A stretch of 63,698 bases of DNA, filler included, from Intoshia linei (Eukaryota; Animalia; Orthonectida), in assembly GCA_001642005.1 (NCBI GenBank). It is 7 parts of 7 records of this genome, joined end to end, with 100 filler letters (N's around TTAATTAATTAA, not from the genome) between each part and the next. Parts side by side here need not be neighbours in the genome. Positions count along the whole stretch, not along the records: positions 7,742 to 29,107 come from LWCA01000650.1; 6 more parts are not named here. One strand, written 5' to 3'. Both the position numbers and the translations under genes were made by a program. Below the pieces are notes generated by a model that saw only the letters and a list, made by a program, of their open reading frames with translations, was not told where the DNA came from and searched no databases. The stretch's first letter is position 1, and each line of letters starts with the position of its first letter. Shown here piece after piece: positions 11,634 through 24,337 of the stretch.

Positions 11634-14600
11634 TTATTGTAAGACACACGCTGAACTAAACTCTGGAGAATGGCTTATCTCTTACACTTAAAAACTAATA
11701 TTACAATTTTACAATTTTTTAATTTTATAATCTATCCACAAAAATATCTAAATAATTTAGATAATAAAATTTGACTATAAATAAATATTGGCCATTAACA
11801 TACCATAATACCATAATACACATAACATGTCAAATATGAAAACACCTTAAAAATATCAGGCCAGTTAGATAATTAATTAATCATTGTTCACTACTCAATT
11901 TTAGATAACTGGTAATCTTAATGCTAAATTTTAAAATTTTAGCCATCTTTCATTTTATTTAAATTCATTAATATAATTATTTGTATTACTATCTATGTAA
12001 GCAATATTATAAACTATTAATTGGAAATTGATTTAATCTATTAGATTAAATAGTTTTTCATCCACTTTAGATATGATGAGAATCCGTGATATTTTATTAA
12101 AATTTATATAGAAAATGACTGAATTGACCATATTCAACCAAATAGACGACAAAAACAGCAAAATCGATTGTAATGATAATTACTATCTAAAATTGGTATA
12201 TATTTAATTATTTACATATATATATACAGAAAATAACAACAATGAAAGTATCGTTTCCATTAAACAATTATTTCCATTTTATTAAAATTTAATCGATTTA
12301 AATAAAAATTAAATTACCACCTGCATAAAAAATTCACCTGTAATTTATAAAATAAAACTTAAATTATATTAAAAATGTAATTATAGGGAAAAATTTTTAA
12401 CATCGTCAAAATTTACAAACTAAAAATTAATTAACATTAATACAAGTGCATAACGGTAATAATTTCAATACAAAATAAAGCATAAATATCCAATCTCAAG
12501 TAAGACTAATCAGAATCTTAGAATATTTATTCCATACGTGGCGAATCTGTTTTAGTCGATACCAGTAATTTTGGAATCTACGTCAAATTAAAATTTTTTG
12601 AATGGATATCATAATGTCCAATTTGATATAATTAACGAAATTTTAATTGGTGAAATCTTAATCAATAATCAAAAATTACGGTGCCCATCTACAAAAAATA
12701 AGGTTTTTGTTGATAAAAAGCACTTTTTAAATTTTTTGTAATAATTCAATTAGGTGTTGATCAAAGTGATTATAAAAACTATTTTTCATTAAAAATCAAA
12801 TGAAATGTAAATTTTCTATATCAAATAACAATTTAATCACAGGTGACAACTTGCCGTATTAAATTATATTTACAAACTAAAATATTAATATAAATTATTT
12901 AATACGTGATGCTATTTTTATTATTTTAGTTAAAATAAATAAAAAAAAGATGAGATAGTATAATGTGATATATTACCAGCTAATAAAATTTTAAAATATA
13001 TATTCATAATATTATCATATCATAATCTTTATCAGTGATGGCAACCAAATAAAATGTGGTGTTAATTTGGAGATTATATCCTAAAAATATTTTCTGGTAT
13101 GTTTTCTAATAAAAAAATTGTTAATGAGCCCTCCAATTAAAACCCAAGCTAAATTATTTATCTTTATGAGACAAAGTGAGTAATATTTTTTAGCAAGTTT
13201 ATCAATTGAATAAAAATTAGTAATTGAATATACCTTGTAGATTTGAATGCTACGCAAATGAATCTTATTTACTCATGGAATATGTCTTGTTATATTTAAC
13301 TTTTAAGGTGTTTGTTTTTTATATGTATTAGAAAATACGGCTTCTGAGTCCTTTTAACGAGAAATACAACTTTTGTCATCAGTGATATGCATCATAAAAT
13401 AAAAATATAATATTTACAATTGTAATTCTGACTTAAATTTAACTTTAATTACCGGCTAAAATAAAATAGATATAAACAATTAACTGATATAATAATATAT
13501 TGGTTGGAATTTATTTCCATAATCGTTGGTGTCACTTAAAGGTTACCCACACCGACTTTTAGTATAGCCCTTCGTTAAGAATGAATATAGTCTACCAGGG
13601 TAAAAAATTATTATATCTCTTTTCTCTCTAGAGGTCTTTATGTGTCTCTTTTTTTGTGTTTTTCTCTCCTCTTGTGATGTTACCCCACACCGATACCACG
13701 TTTAAAGACTCAAACGCCAATTTCCATTAAAATAAAGTGCAGTTTTAATTTCTCCATAATATTTTTAAAGTGATATTTAAGATGACAAAAGCAAGTCAAA
13801 TAGATAGCGTTAAATGTTTTTGATTACAAATTAGTTTTTCTATTTTAAAAATCATACTTTTAGTGCTAATTGCCCTTGATTCTTTGATGGTTGTGACACC
13901 CTATTGGACAATGAAGGTCATGTTTGTAGTTAATATGGTCATAATTGCGTTTACATTAAATATATTAATATAGTTAATATAGTCATTTTTTAAAAGTGAT
14001 GGTAATAATCGGAAATCATAGGAAAGGAGTATTAACTATGTCTTAGCTACATCTGAGGCTTGAATACTATCAATAATTGGTCATAAAGTGATGAAAATTT
14101 ATAACATTTTTAGTATTTTTAATAGCATTGAAGTGATATGAACTCAAATTTTCTTAAATTATTTAATTTGTATTTTCAATTGTTTAATTTTAGTAATGTA
14201 ATGTCAATATTTATTATTTTCTAATAGATTTATTGCCACTAATAAAATTATAAATCAAACAATATTTTCCATTATTGAAACATTAAAAGATCGCAACTTT
14301 CTTTGATATTGTATTTTTATTGGAGATAATTATTTTAAATTTAATTTTAATTTTATGATATTCACGTATTAATATGACAAACCTCATTTCCAAAAATTAT
14401 TATTTTTATACATTTATTTACTTAAGCATGCCAGGAAATACTATTCCTAATAGTCAAAAAGAACTGATAGTAAACAAAACTTTAGAAGGATTATCAATTA
14501 CATTAATATCAAGATAATCGGGAATATCATTGATTCCTAGAACATCTGTTTCAAACATAGTTCACAAATGTCTAGCCCACGAATTGAAATCGAATATCGA

Positions 14601-15447
14601 TATTTAATGACGATCAATAAAATAGCATTAGGAAATGGGTTTAGAAAAATGCATACTCACCTTCACAAATTCAAATCAGTATTTCCAATAAATTTTCATC
14701 AAACATTAGCATCAAATCAATCAACCTTCCCCCTTATTCCCCATTTCTTTGTCTATTAAAAATTTGTGAGACTCACAAGTGTGATTGCATTCAGTTTAAA
14801 TTTTACAAATTAGTTATTTCTATATTTTAAAAAATATGCTGGTATCAGTTAATCGACCACCCTGGCGGCGCACTATCAAAAGATCGTAAAAAAATAAACT
14901 ACATAACTAAACTAAATATAGTAAATTGAATTGGATAAAAAATATTCTCTAGTGTGAACACCATAGAATATTTTTATTTTTTTTTACAATATGGTTTATA
15001 GGTATAATATGGTATTTTAATATTTCAGTTTTAACTTGGGTCTGTAGTCTAAATTAAATGAACTAGTTAATGAATTATTTAATTTAAACTTAAACAAAAT
15101 AAATACGATCTTTTGATTTACGATATTGTGAACGGACACGCACCCTGGCATACGAATGATAAGTTATTAGTATGCCCGAATAGCCAAAATCTACTAAAGT
15201 ACAAACCCTCGTTAAGAATAAATGTAGGGATGTCGATAGACCTTTTAAACATGGTTACGGAGACCCTTGCATATGACTGGATCTGGTTGTTTCTTGTATT
15301 ATAGTCCACCCGATGTGGGGTAGTAGATTGCTAAAGTCATCCAGATAATTGCATACAAAAGTAATGATAATAATTAGTTTAGAATAAACCTTGCACGCAT
15401 TCAACAGCTATTAATAGCAAAAGTAAGCTAACACAAAATGTTTTCAT
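11634..15447 (-). CDS. Unidentified multi-exon gene with an N-terminal signal peptide and hydrophobic C-terminal exons
   Basis: ATG 15447 gives MKTFCVSLLLLLIAVEC(VQ). Further AG/GT-bounded open segments: ~15050-14990 (LQTQVKTEILKYHIIPINHI), ~13535-13415 (DTNDYGNKFQPIYYIS|PVIKVKFKSELQ, phase-consistent), ~12570 (IPKLLVSTKTDSP), ~12186-12129 (IVIIITIDFAVFVVYLVEY) and ~11845-11803. The full chain and 3' end are unresolved. Confidence 0.35.
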
Positions 15448-15713
15448 AGGATAATTTATATTAATCTTTTGAAATAAAATTTAATTCAATGTTGACACAA
15501 TAAATTGTACTTTGTTTTTTATAAAAATTCTCATTGGGATAAATTGAATTGATTATGTTCTAATCATTACAAAAGTACGTATATATCTGATGATATAACT
15601 TTACTTTTTTTGAAATTAACATTTACATGGTGTTAGAATATTAAATTTAAACACGTGGATGTACATGAAACAATGATTTAAAAATTAAAAAATTTAATAA
15701 CATAAAAACAAAA

Positions 15714-18700
15714 TTAAATATAAGGATTTTTGTCGGTAAATTTGTCAATTAAATTTGAAATTTCGGCACATTCATTAAAATTTTGATAAAATTCATGAAA
15801 TTTATTGATTAGTCTGGTTATTTCCACAATCTACAATTAAGTTGAAAATACAATAAAAATATTAGTTTACTTTGGTTATATCCACATTCAACTGAGCAAA
15901 CCAATCTCCAACTTTAATATCCTGAATAACTGCAGCAAAATGAATGGCTGCTAAAATGAGTAAAATGCACCACTGTAGTATAAAAATTTCCAGTAATATA
16001 GAAGAATTACACAAAATAATATACGTAGAACACAATTGTTTAGTTAAATGAAAAAGACAAAATCATAAGATAACTGACACATTTGTTAGTTTTTTTTTGG
16101 TAACAATATTTATAATGTTAAAATTAAATTATTGATGCTATTCGCCCTGAATATTGGCATACTTGTCCTTAGTTTACAAAAATACCGCTAAATAAACTGT
16201 CTCATGTCTTTTATTATAGCCCTTCGTTAATAATAAATATAGGTCTACCAGGGTAAAAAAGTATTATATTTCTTTTCTCTCTAGAGGTATTTATATGTCT
16301 TTTTTTTGTGTTTTTCTCTCCACTCGTTAATAAGCATGAGGGCCGCTTTTTTAATAAGGGGTTAAAAAAAATAACAAAGTAAAAAGACAAAACTAATAAT
16401 TTAAAAATTAATAATTACACAAAGCTATCAAATGAGGTGGATAAAGCAATGGAATATCAGTTCTCAACATATCGTTAATAAGCCTCCTAAGTAATTATTA
16501 AAATGTAAATAAAAACTATAAACATCCAAAAGATTTACCAAGCCAGCTGTAATAACGAAGTATCAGTTGTAATTGATCCAACATATAACACCAAATTTCT
16601 ATATGGATTAAACACGATTAAACTAAAATCCTAAATTTACCAAGATTATCAAATGTAGATTTTTAAAATATCGATAAATCATGGAATTTAAATTATAATC
16701 AGTTTCCCGTAAATTTAGTCTAAATTACAATAGCGTTTCACAACCGTTTAATATCCTTTACTCATATAAAATCTAATGTCTGTGTGTGTTAATATTTAAA
16801 ATATTAATATTCCAAAAATTTAAAAAAACCCAATTTTAATACAGTTTTTCCAGAGTGAAACATTATCGAAATTTAATTTTCTGATATTGTATGATTCAGG
16901 GTCAAAAACTATAATATATTATATTATATAATAAAATATAAATTCGGTGATAGCCTTTGAAATCATTAATAATTTCATAAATCTCAGCCACAGAAACTTA
17001 CATCTTCATGGTCAAACCCCTAGATTACCATTTTTTTTAACCATGAAAAGTCTTAAAATTTAAAAAAAATTAGTTCTTACTGTTATCTCAGTTAACATAC
17101 ACAAAAAAATGTAATTTCACGGTCAAAAAAAAAATATTGGTATTCATTTTTAAATAAATATTTTATTAAAACAAAAAATTTGACATAATTGATGGTCTTA
17201 GAATTTAAAAAAAATATTATTCAGATACAGTTTATTCCATTCGATATAGATGCAAAACAAGATCAATTTCATTAATCTACGGATTTTAGAAATGACCGTG
17301 TGGAGCAATTAGTAAACCCCTTATAAAAAATATTTAAAAAATGGGACCTTTGTAGATTGCTTAATCGATCGTTCATTATCTAAAAATTATAAATAACCGT
17401 TGGAAATCGCATTGATTACCGAAATTTTGGTATACTTTAGAAATTTTTCAACATTTATCCTATAATAAATTTATAAAATAGGCTCCTCATGATTGTAGGT
17501 CCGGCCCATATGGTCCCTATCTCTCTCTCCACGGGATAATTTAAGGTGAAAATAAGTTTTACATATTATCACCCAATATTTTTCAAATTTTTTCAGTGTG
17601 TGAAAAAATTGCCCAAGATTGTTATATTTTTTAAATTGTAGTAACCAGTAATTATACCTTAATATATCTTAAATACATACGAAATTTAAATTTTTTTATA
17701 TAAATAACCAGACAAAGATTAATATGAGACATAAAAATTACCATTTTTTCCAATAAATGAAATTCTGCAGAAAATAAATCATTTTTTCTATAAGTAAATG
17801 ATTTTAATACGTTTGGAAATTTAGTTTTGCATACAGATTGGCAAGCTAATAACATTCGTGAATAATTTATTAAGCCAAATTCCTATATGTTATAAAAATT
17901 AAACTTAATTTAACATTATAAATATTTATCTAGTATTATCATTTTTTCTCGAGAAATGTATAATCAGATTAAAGTCCACACTTCTTAACCACGCTAGCGG
18001 CTTCCAAGCTAAAAAGCGCTATCCAAGAAAATTATACAGTTCAAATTCAAGATAAGTGGACAGAAAATATAAATAAGCAGTATAATTAAATATAAAGCGA
18101 AAAACCAAAAAAATATAAAGTTAAGGGGTTCTTTAATATCAAGATATTAATTATACAAATCAAAACAAGAATTTCATCCGATACAGTAAACGTCTGATTA
18201 CTTTTAAAATCATAAATCAAAGAATGTGAAAGACTTGTACTTGTAGGTACAGAATCTGTACAACACATACATTGTTATAACAAAATAAAATGAAATTAAT
18301 TAATTTAATTTGATTTTGTAAATAAATTTTCAATAAATGACATTTCATACGTGGTGATCCTTTGGATTTATTGGGTGAATGGTCAATTTAATTTATTTAT
18401 GCATCATCAGTTTAATTAAAGTAATAAATAATTACTTCAACTTTTACCGCCAAAAATAAAGTTGTTGGAGATAATAAAAGTGGATCAATCGTATAGAAAC
18501 TGTTTCTAAACATTAAGAAAATAATTTTCTTTAAATTTTGAGTAATTAATTATTAATTTGTAAAAATACCGAATATAAAATCTTTTTAAATAAATAGTGG
18601 CAGTAGCTATGACTTGTTGACGAATTTTTAAATATTCACCAATCGCCTGTATAACTAGACATGGGAAATATATTTTAATTAGATATCAATCAAGAGTTAT

Positions 18701-20340
18701 CAACAGTTAAAGTAGTTAATTCATGTTAAGGTTTTTCTCAAATCAATTTACTGTATTTTTGAAAAAAATAATTTTTACCACGTTCGTTTTTAACAGTGAT
18801 CGGTAATTTATGTAAAATTTTACTAAAGTCAAACTTGTATACAGTGAAACGTTAATTGAGTTGTTATAACAAGTTCCATTGTAGACAATTGTCACTGTAG
18901 TCGTATTGAGTTGTATTATTTAAATGCTAATCTTAAAAATGTTGAGAACCTTTTATCAATATAGTTGCTTATAAGTTATAATTTATAACTTATAAGCACA
19001 ACTAAAAAATTACAATTTGCATAAAAAATGATAATTTTGTCATAATTGGTATCATATGTCGAATTTTGATTTCTTTCAATTTGTAAATCACCTTCATCAT
19101 ATAACCAGTTTTTGCTAAATAAAATATATATTTATAAATTGACTAATATTTAAAATATATATTAATGTTATCTTCGGTTTAATTATATTACAGAATCCAT
19201 GACTAAACTTGTGTCTCAAATAGGTATGTCACGAATCGCAAGTCATCAAATAATGACCCCATCAAATTTTTATTAATTCATATAACGAAACATTCCATGT
19301 TTCAACGTTGTTATGCAGTTCCTTTATATACCACACTACTTAAATTTTAATTGAATTATGGTGAAATTGAAATGTGGACTTTATAAAATTCTAAGACAGG
19401 TAGTTAATTAAATAAAGCGTAACACACAGACAGACACACACAAAAAAAAATCGCGTAGCATATTATATAAGTTAGGATTATATTAGTTAAGAGAGCTTCC
19501 CTAAAAAAAATTTAGTTTAGGGTGAAATTGCATAACACGCTGCGCTTCACTATATGGCGCTTGGCTCAAAAATTCGGGTTGAGAATAATTAATGTTGGTA
19601 ACCCTGTGTTCTATAACAAAAGGTATTCCAATGGAATGTTGACATTTTAATATTTGAACAAACTATTAAATTTTCTAGCCAAAATAGCACGTTATCAATG
19701 TAAATTATTTAATACGTATCAAAAAAAAATAAAAATAATAAATAAATCGGCGTGTTAATATTCTAATTATTAGAATCTAATGCCTAAGATTGTAATCGTA
19801 TTTTGTATTTACATTTTATATATATGGTCATTTTTAAAATCTCACATAAGATATTCTGGTGTGCAAGGTATAATAATTTAATGGTCGTCTAGATTTTGAT
19901 ATAAATTCCCACAATCTGATAACTCTAATAAATATTTAAAATTAAGAATAAGTGTATTAAATTGAAAATTAATCCTATAAAAATAAACAAAAAGTGATAA
20001 AATTTTTTTATATTTTAATTGAATCTCACGGACTCAGCCATTTCTTTTTGGACTCAAGGGTCCAATGACTCCCAATCGGGAACTGCTGTTTTAGAAAATT
20101 CTACTAAACAAAATAAAGTGATTTAGGTGATTTCATATTTTAGATGGGCAGTATAAAATTTGGATAATTTGATATTATCAATATATTTTATTAAAATTAT
20201 TTGAATTACATTTCAATGCTGTAAAATTTCAAAAGTTATCTAAACCATATAATATCACCAAAATGTTTCATAAACACAATTTTAAACTATCAATCGTAGA
20301 AATGTTACTAATGTGAGCTGTGCCAGAAATTTGCAGCCAT
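15714..20340 (-). CDS. CCNC: Cyclin C (Mediator CDK8 kinase module)
   Basis: Spliced product MAANFWHSSHY|KNWLYDEGDLQIER..|IQAIGEYLKIRQQVIATATIYLKRFYIR|NSFYTIDPLLLSPTTLFLAVKVE|EFGLINYSRM..AEFHLLEKM|DFSLIVFNPYR..LQLAW|RLINDMLRTDIPLLYPPHLIAL|SAIHFAAVIQ..WFAQLNVDITK|IVEITRLI..NPYI*. It is colinear with metazoan cyclin C over its whole length. Confidence 0.95.
16754..17312 (+). mobile_element. Apparently complete family A non-autonomous Helitron-like element in a cyclin C intron
   Basis: 5' A|TCctttactcatataaaatctaatgtctgtgtgtg; 3' tacgg...ccgtg hairpin then ...caaTTAG|T (degenerate CTRR|T); no TSD. Confidence 0.5.
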
Positions 20341-21939
20341 GATTATAATTTTTTTAAAATTTTTAAAAAAAAATAAACTAAAAATTAGATTGTGCAGTAA
20401 TATCCACGTTACTTATTCATAAATTATGATAAGTTTACTATGAACTTCATATGTGAAAATTAAACTATTTACACCAACCATTCTGAACGAGGTCCATAAA
20501 AATTATATACATTTATTACATATTATAGACATTTTCAGTAACATAAAGTCGTTTTTAAAACATAAAGGCTCAGAAATACTAATATAAAACGTGAAAATCA
20601 TGTAAAAGTAAATTCTTTGGTATTAAATTAAATTACTTACAAGTGTAAAAACTTATTGGGAAACCTGCATTCTTCTATTTTAGGAGCAGCGTTTATATTT
20701 AATTATTTTATTAAAATGTATGACCGAGCCAAGTTTCTAGTCACAAAAAAAGCTTTAAATTTTAAATTGAAAATGAGACGAAAAATGAGTTAATATTCAT
20801 GATTCTATGAAACATTAACCAAGGGATATAAAATATTAATTCTTCACAGGGAAGATAGATAATATAGACTTTTTATTGATCTGATAAAATATATAGTAAA
20901 CAATTAATAATGTACTGTAAACAATACCTGAAACATGTTTCATTTTGGGAACATACGGGTTAAAGGTGAATGTTAATAGTTCATTAAGTTTATCATCTAG
21001 CAAAAATAGAGTACTCCATGTCTTTTGAACATCATTCGTTTCACCCAAATGTAATGATTTATTAAAAATTGTCATTATTATTAATTTTTTTGGGAGTCCA
21101 CAGCGAAAAAAAATTGAGAATGCCTGCTTTACACTTCAAGAGTCAGACATTTTTAATTTTAATTGTAACATAAATTTTCTTTCACAATATTTTTGGCTCA
21201 AATTTTGATAATCTCATAAGTTATTGATAATCTATAATTAGATTTATCAGGAAGCATCTTTTCCAAATGATAAGAAGCTCGTGATTTCATAGCCTCATGG
21301 AAAACACTTTTTCACAAATGAGACACAAGTGTGATCTAAATCAGGCATTCTCGACGGGTCCAAAGCACTTTTTTAGGGATCCATGAAAATTACATATTTT
21401 TATTATATATTATAATTATAGACATTTTCAGTACATAAAGGGGTTTTTTCTTAACGTCATATTTTCATATAATTAAGTCGTTTTTTCAAAACTAAATTCT
21501 ATTCTATTTTCTTGGTTATTGATAAATATTTATAACGCAATGAACATTGGAGGTTTCTCGACAAAAATGAAAGTTAAAATGTTTTGTTCATCAATATAAA
21601 TTGAACTCAAAGCAAATCATTTTCCCGTTTTTTACATAATTGGCGACTCATTGTAGTTTTTTAATGTTTTATAAAATCAACTGCATTATGTCTTATTAAT
21701 CAAGTAAAAATTTCCAACAGGTTGGTTTATTCTTCCCTCCAGATTGATTTATTTTTACCTAGAACTAGGCGTAGTATGTATAGGATAAATGTATTTTATG
21801 ATAATTAATTAATTATTTGTTTTTTGTTAACATTTAAAAATTCAGTATAAACAGTCCAATCCTAAATATTGTCATAAATAGCATAAATTCCAGAAAAAAA
21901 ATTATAAAAACCTATTTTGTCATTTTCAATGTGATGATA

Positions 21940-22502
21940 TATATTCAGTACCAATTTAATTAATACTTAAAAATACCAATTATATATCAATAATCAACCA
22001 AATCTTCACTTTATAAACATATTTTAGTCGAATTTTACCAAATTTGTAAAGGATTATAATAAATATAAAAATGATATTAACAAAGTTGTTTTAGTTTAGT
22101 TTTTGAGTTAATATTAAAATTGTATTCAAAATGTTTTGAAAATGAGAATTTGAAATTCTAGGGCTGTTTTTATTAAAAAAAGAAGGATAATTTGGGTTTT
22201 AGCCCTGAAGATATAATCTTTTTAAAATGTAAATATATGATAATGTTTATGATTTTAAAATCCGTATCACCATATATATTTTTTTAAATTCTCCAACTTG
22301 TTTGATTTTCAAAAATAGGGACAATTGGTGTCTTTGACCCGTAACATGTGATTTTGGGAGTTTGAAATTATGTTTGCAAACAACCCCGGAAAAAACTGTA
22401 ATTGAAATGTGAATTTATAAAATTCGAAGACGGGTAGTTATTTAAATAAAGCTAGACACACATAGAAACAAAAATCGCGTAGCATATTATATAAGTTAAG
22501 AT
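21940..22502 (-). mobile_element. Family A Helitron-like copy
   Basis: Matches 9985-10945 and ends in aatcgcgtagcatattatataagttaaga (reverse complement of the 5' TC end). Confidence 0.65.
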
Positions 22503-24337
22503 TATGTGTATATTTTTTAGAGTAAATTATGAGGAATTCAAACATCGTTAAAAACGAAAATAAATGAGCTAGAAATGTATTTTAAAAATTAGAATGGTTC
22601 ACATTCGCATGGTAAATCTATAAAAATAATGACCAGCATAACTATGCATAGAAACAAAATTAAAGCTGATTATACATAAAATAAGGTTATATTTTAAATG
22701 TATCTTATCAGTTTTGTATGAATTTCAATAATTGCATTTTAGGGGGAATGTACATTAATGCATTTAAACGCATTAAACATTACCTAATGTACATTTTACA
22801 TGTTATAAATATATCTTAAAACTGAAATTAATTCAACTGATTCATCTCACAGATATATTCAAGTAAATACTATATATATAAAGCAAGGGTCACAAAAATT
22901 TATAACTCGGAACATTTTTATATTTATGACTTGGCCTTTTTTAATAAATCTATTAGCTTAACTGCATTGTACTTCTTATACACAGCTAGTGGACTTCGTA
23001 GCTAGCTCTGTCGAGTACGATCTCTTTAATTTTTTAAAGTGCAGTGCACTGCTACATGTTACTAATGCCACTCTGATCGCATAGTTTTATGAGATCCTGA
23101 TTGTTTTCATATTATTTTAATTCATGTTATCAATTCATTTGATTATTTTAATTTTGTCAGCTAAAAATGTTCCTGTTACGTTAAATCAACATTCATAATA
23201 TAATCAATTTTACTTATTTTCATAATTATTATACAAAACCTGAAAACGTACATTTGCATTTTTCACCAAAACCACTTTTATCATGTTATTTAGTTTTTAG
23301 TTTTTAGTGTGCTTTTTAGATTCAATTTTAGGTGTTTTTGTCTTATTTTTATATTATACTGCCCTATTAATTAATCTCATTAAATATTCACTTTTTAAGG
23401 ATGTATAAAATGTTTAATCCCTTATACTTTAATAAAATATAAATTTTGACAAGAATGTGGTTTAGAAACGTGGATCAATAAAAGTAGCTAAAATTAGATT
23501 TTTATCATTAAAGGACGTATTAAATCTGCAATTGAATTTCTAAAAAAACTGTTTTTTTAAAAAAAGCGTAAAAAATTCGAAATTGTTAAATTTTGCCTAT
23601 TCCTATATCGATTCCTAAAAAATAAAGATACCAGCATATCCCGATTCCGATTATTAAAAATCGTCGCATCAATAGTTAAGAGTATGCTCTCATTGTCTAT
23701 AATATATTAACAATATCAATTTTATAATTAAAAAAATGGACAGAGTTGGCCTTTTTTGTTTGTAATACAAAAAACAAAAGCAAAAATAATATAAATCAAT
23801 TTAGATGGAATTTGTATCAATTAGATACGATAAAGTCTAACAAATTTAATACAAAATGAATTTAACGAAAGTGGTGTTTTTAAAGTTTATAAAAAATTGT
23901 TTACTAGTTTGAAATATATTATTTCCTGTGAAATAATAGACAATACACAAAAAAGAGGCCTATTTTATGATTGTAATTATTTTAACTTTTATTTTATATA
24001 ACTGGTTCAAAATAATAAATTCAATAATAATGTCGTGATGCAGGAAGACAGCAACGCATGGAGTAACTTCTTTTTCTTTTTTTTTCAAAAATTAACTGTT
24101 TTCCTTTTCCCCATAGGCTACATTTGCACAATTCGATAAATGTGTTTGAGGATACAGGCTAATGTATATACAAAGGGGTAAATTATACATTTCATGAAGT
24201 ATATGAACAATATCAATGTTTTCGGTAACATTTAAATGTTATGTTTACTAGTAAATGGGTTACAACATATGGAAACCATCCAATTTAAGGTGACTTTAAT
24301 AATAATACTTACTGTAATTGAATGGATTAATTTTTAG

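Noticed and set aside
14428-14720. Possible non-LTR reverse transcriptase relic (GISLIPR..HKCLAHEL)
   Set aside because: Only weak motif resemblance, no QG or YADD motifs, and it overlaps a candidate minus-strand exon.
15870-15950. AIHFAA exon as an ankyrin repeat
   Set aside because: It splices in frame into cyclin C and aligns with its C-terminal cyclin-fold helices.
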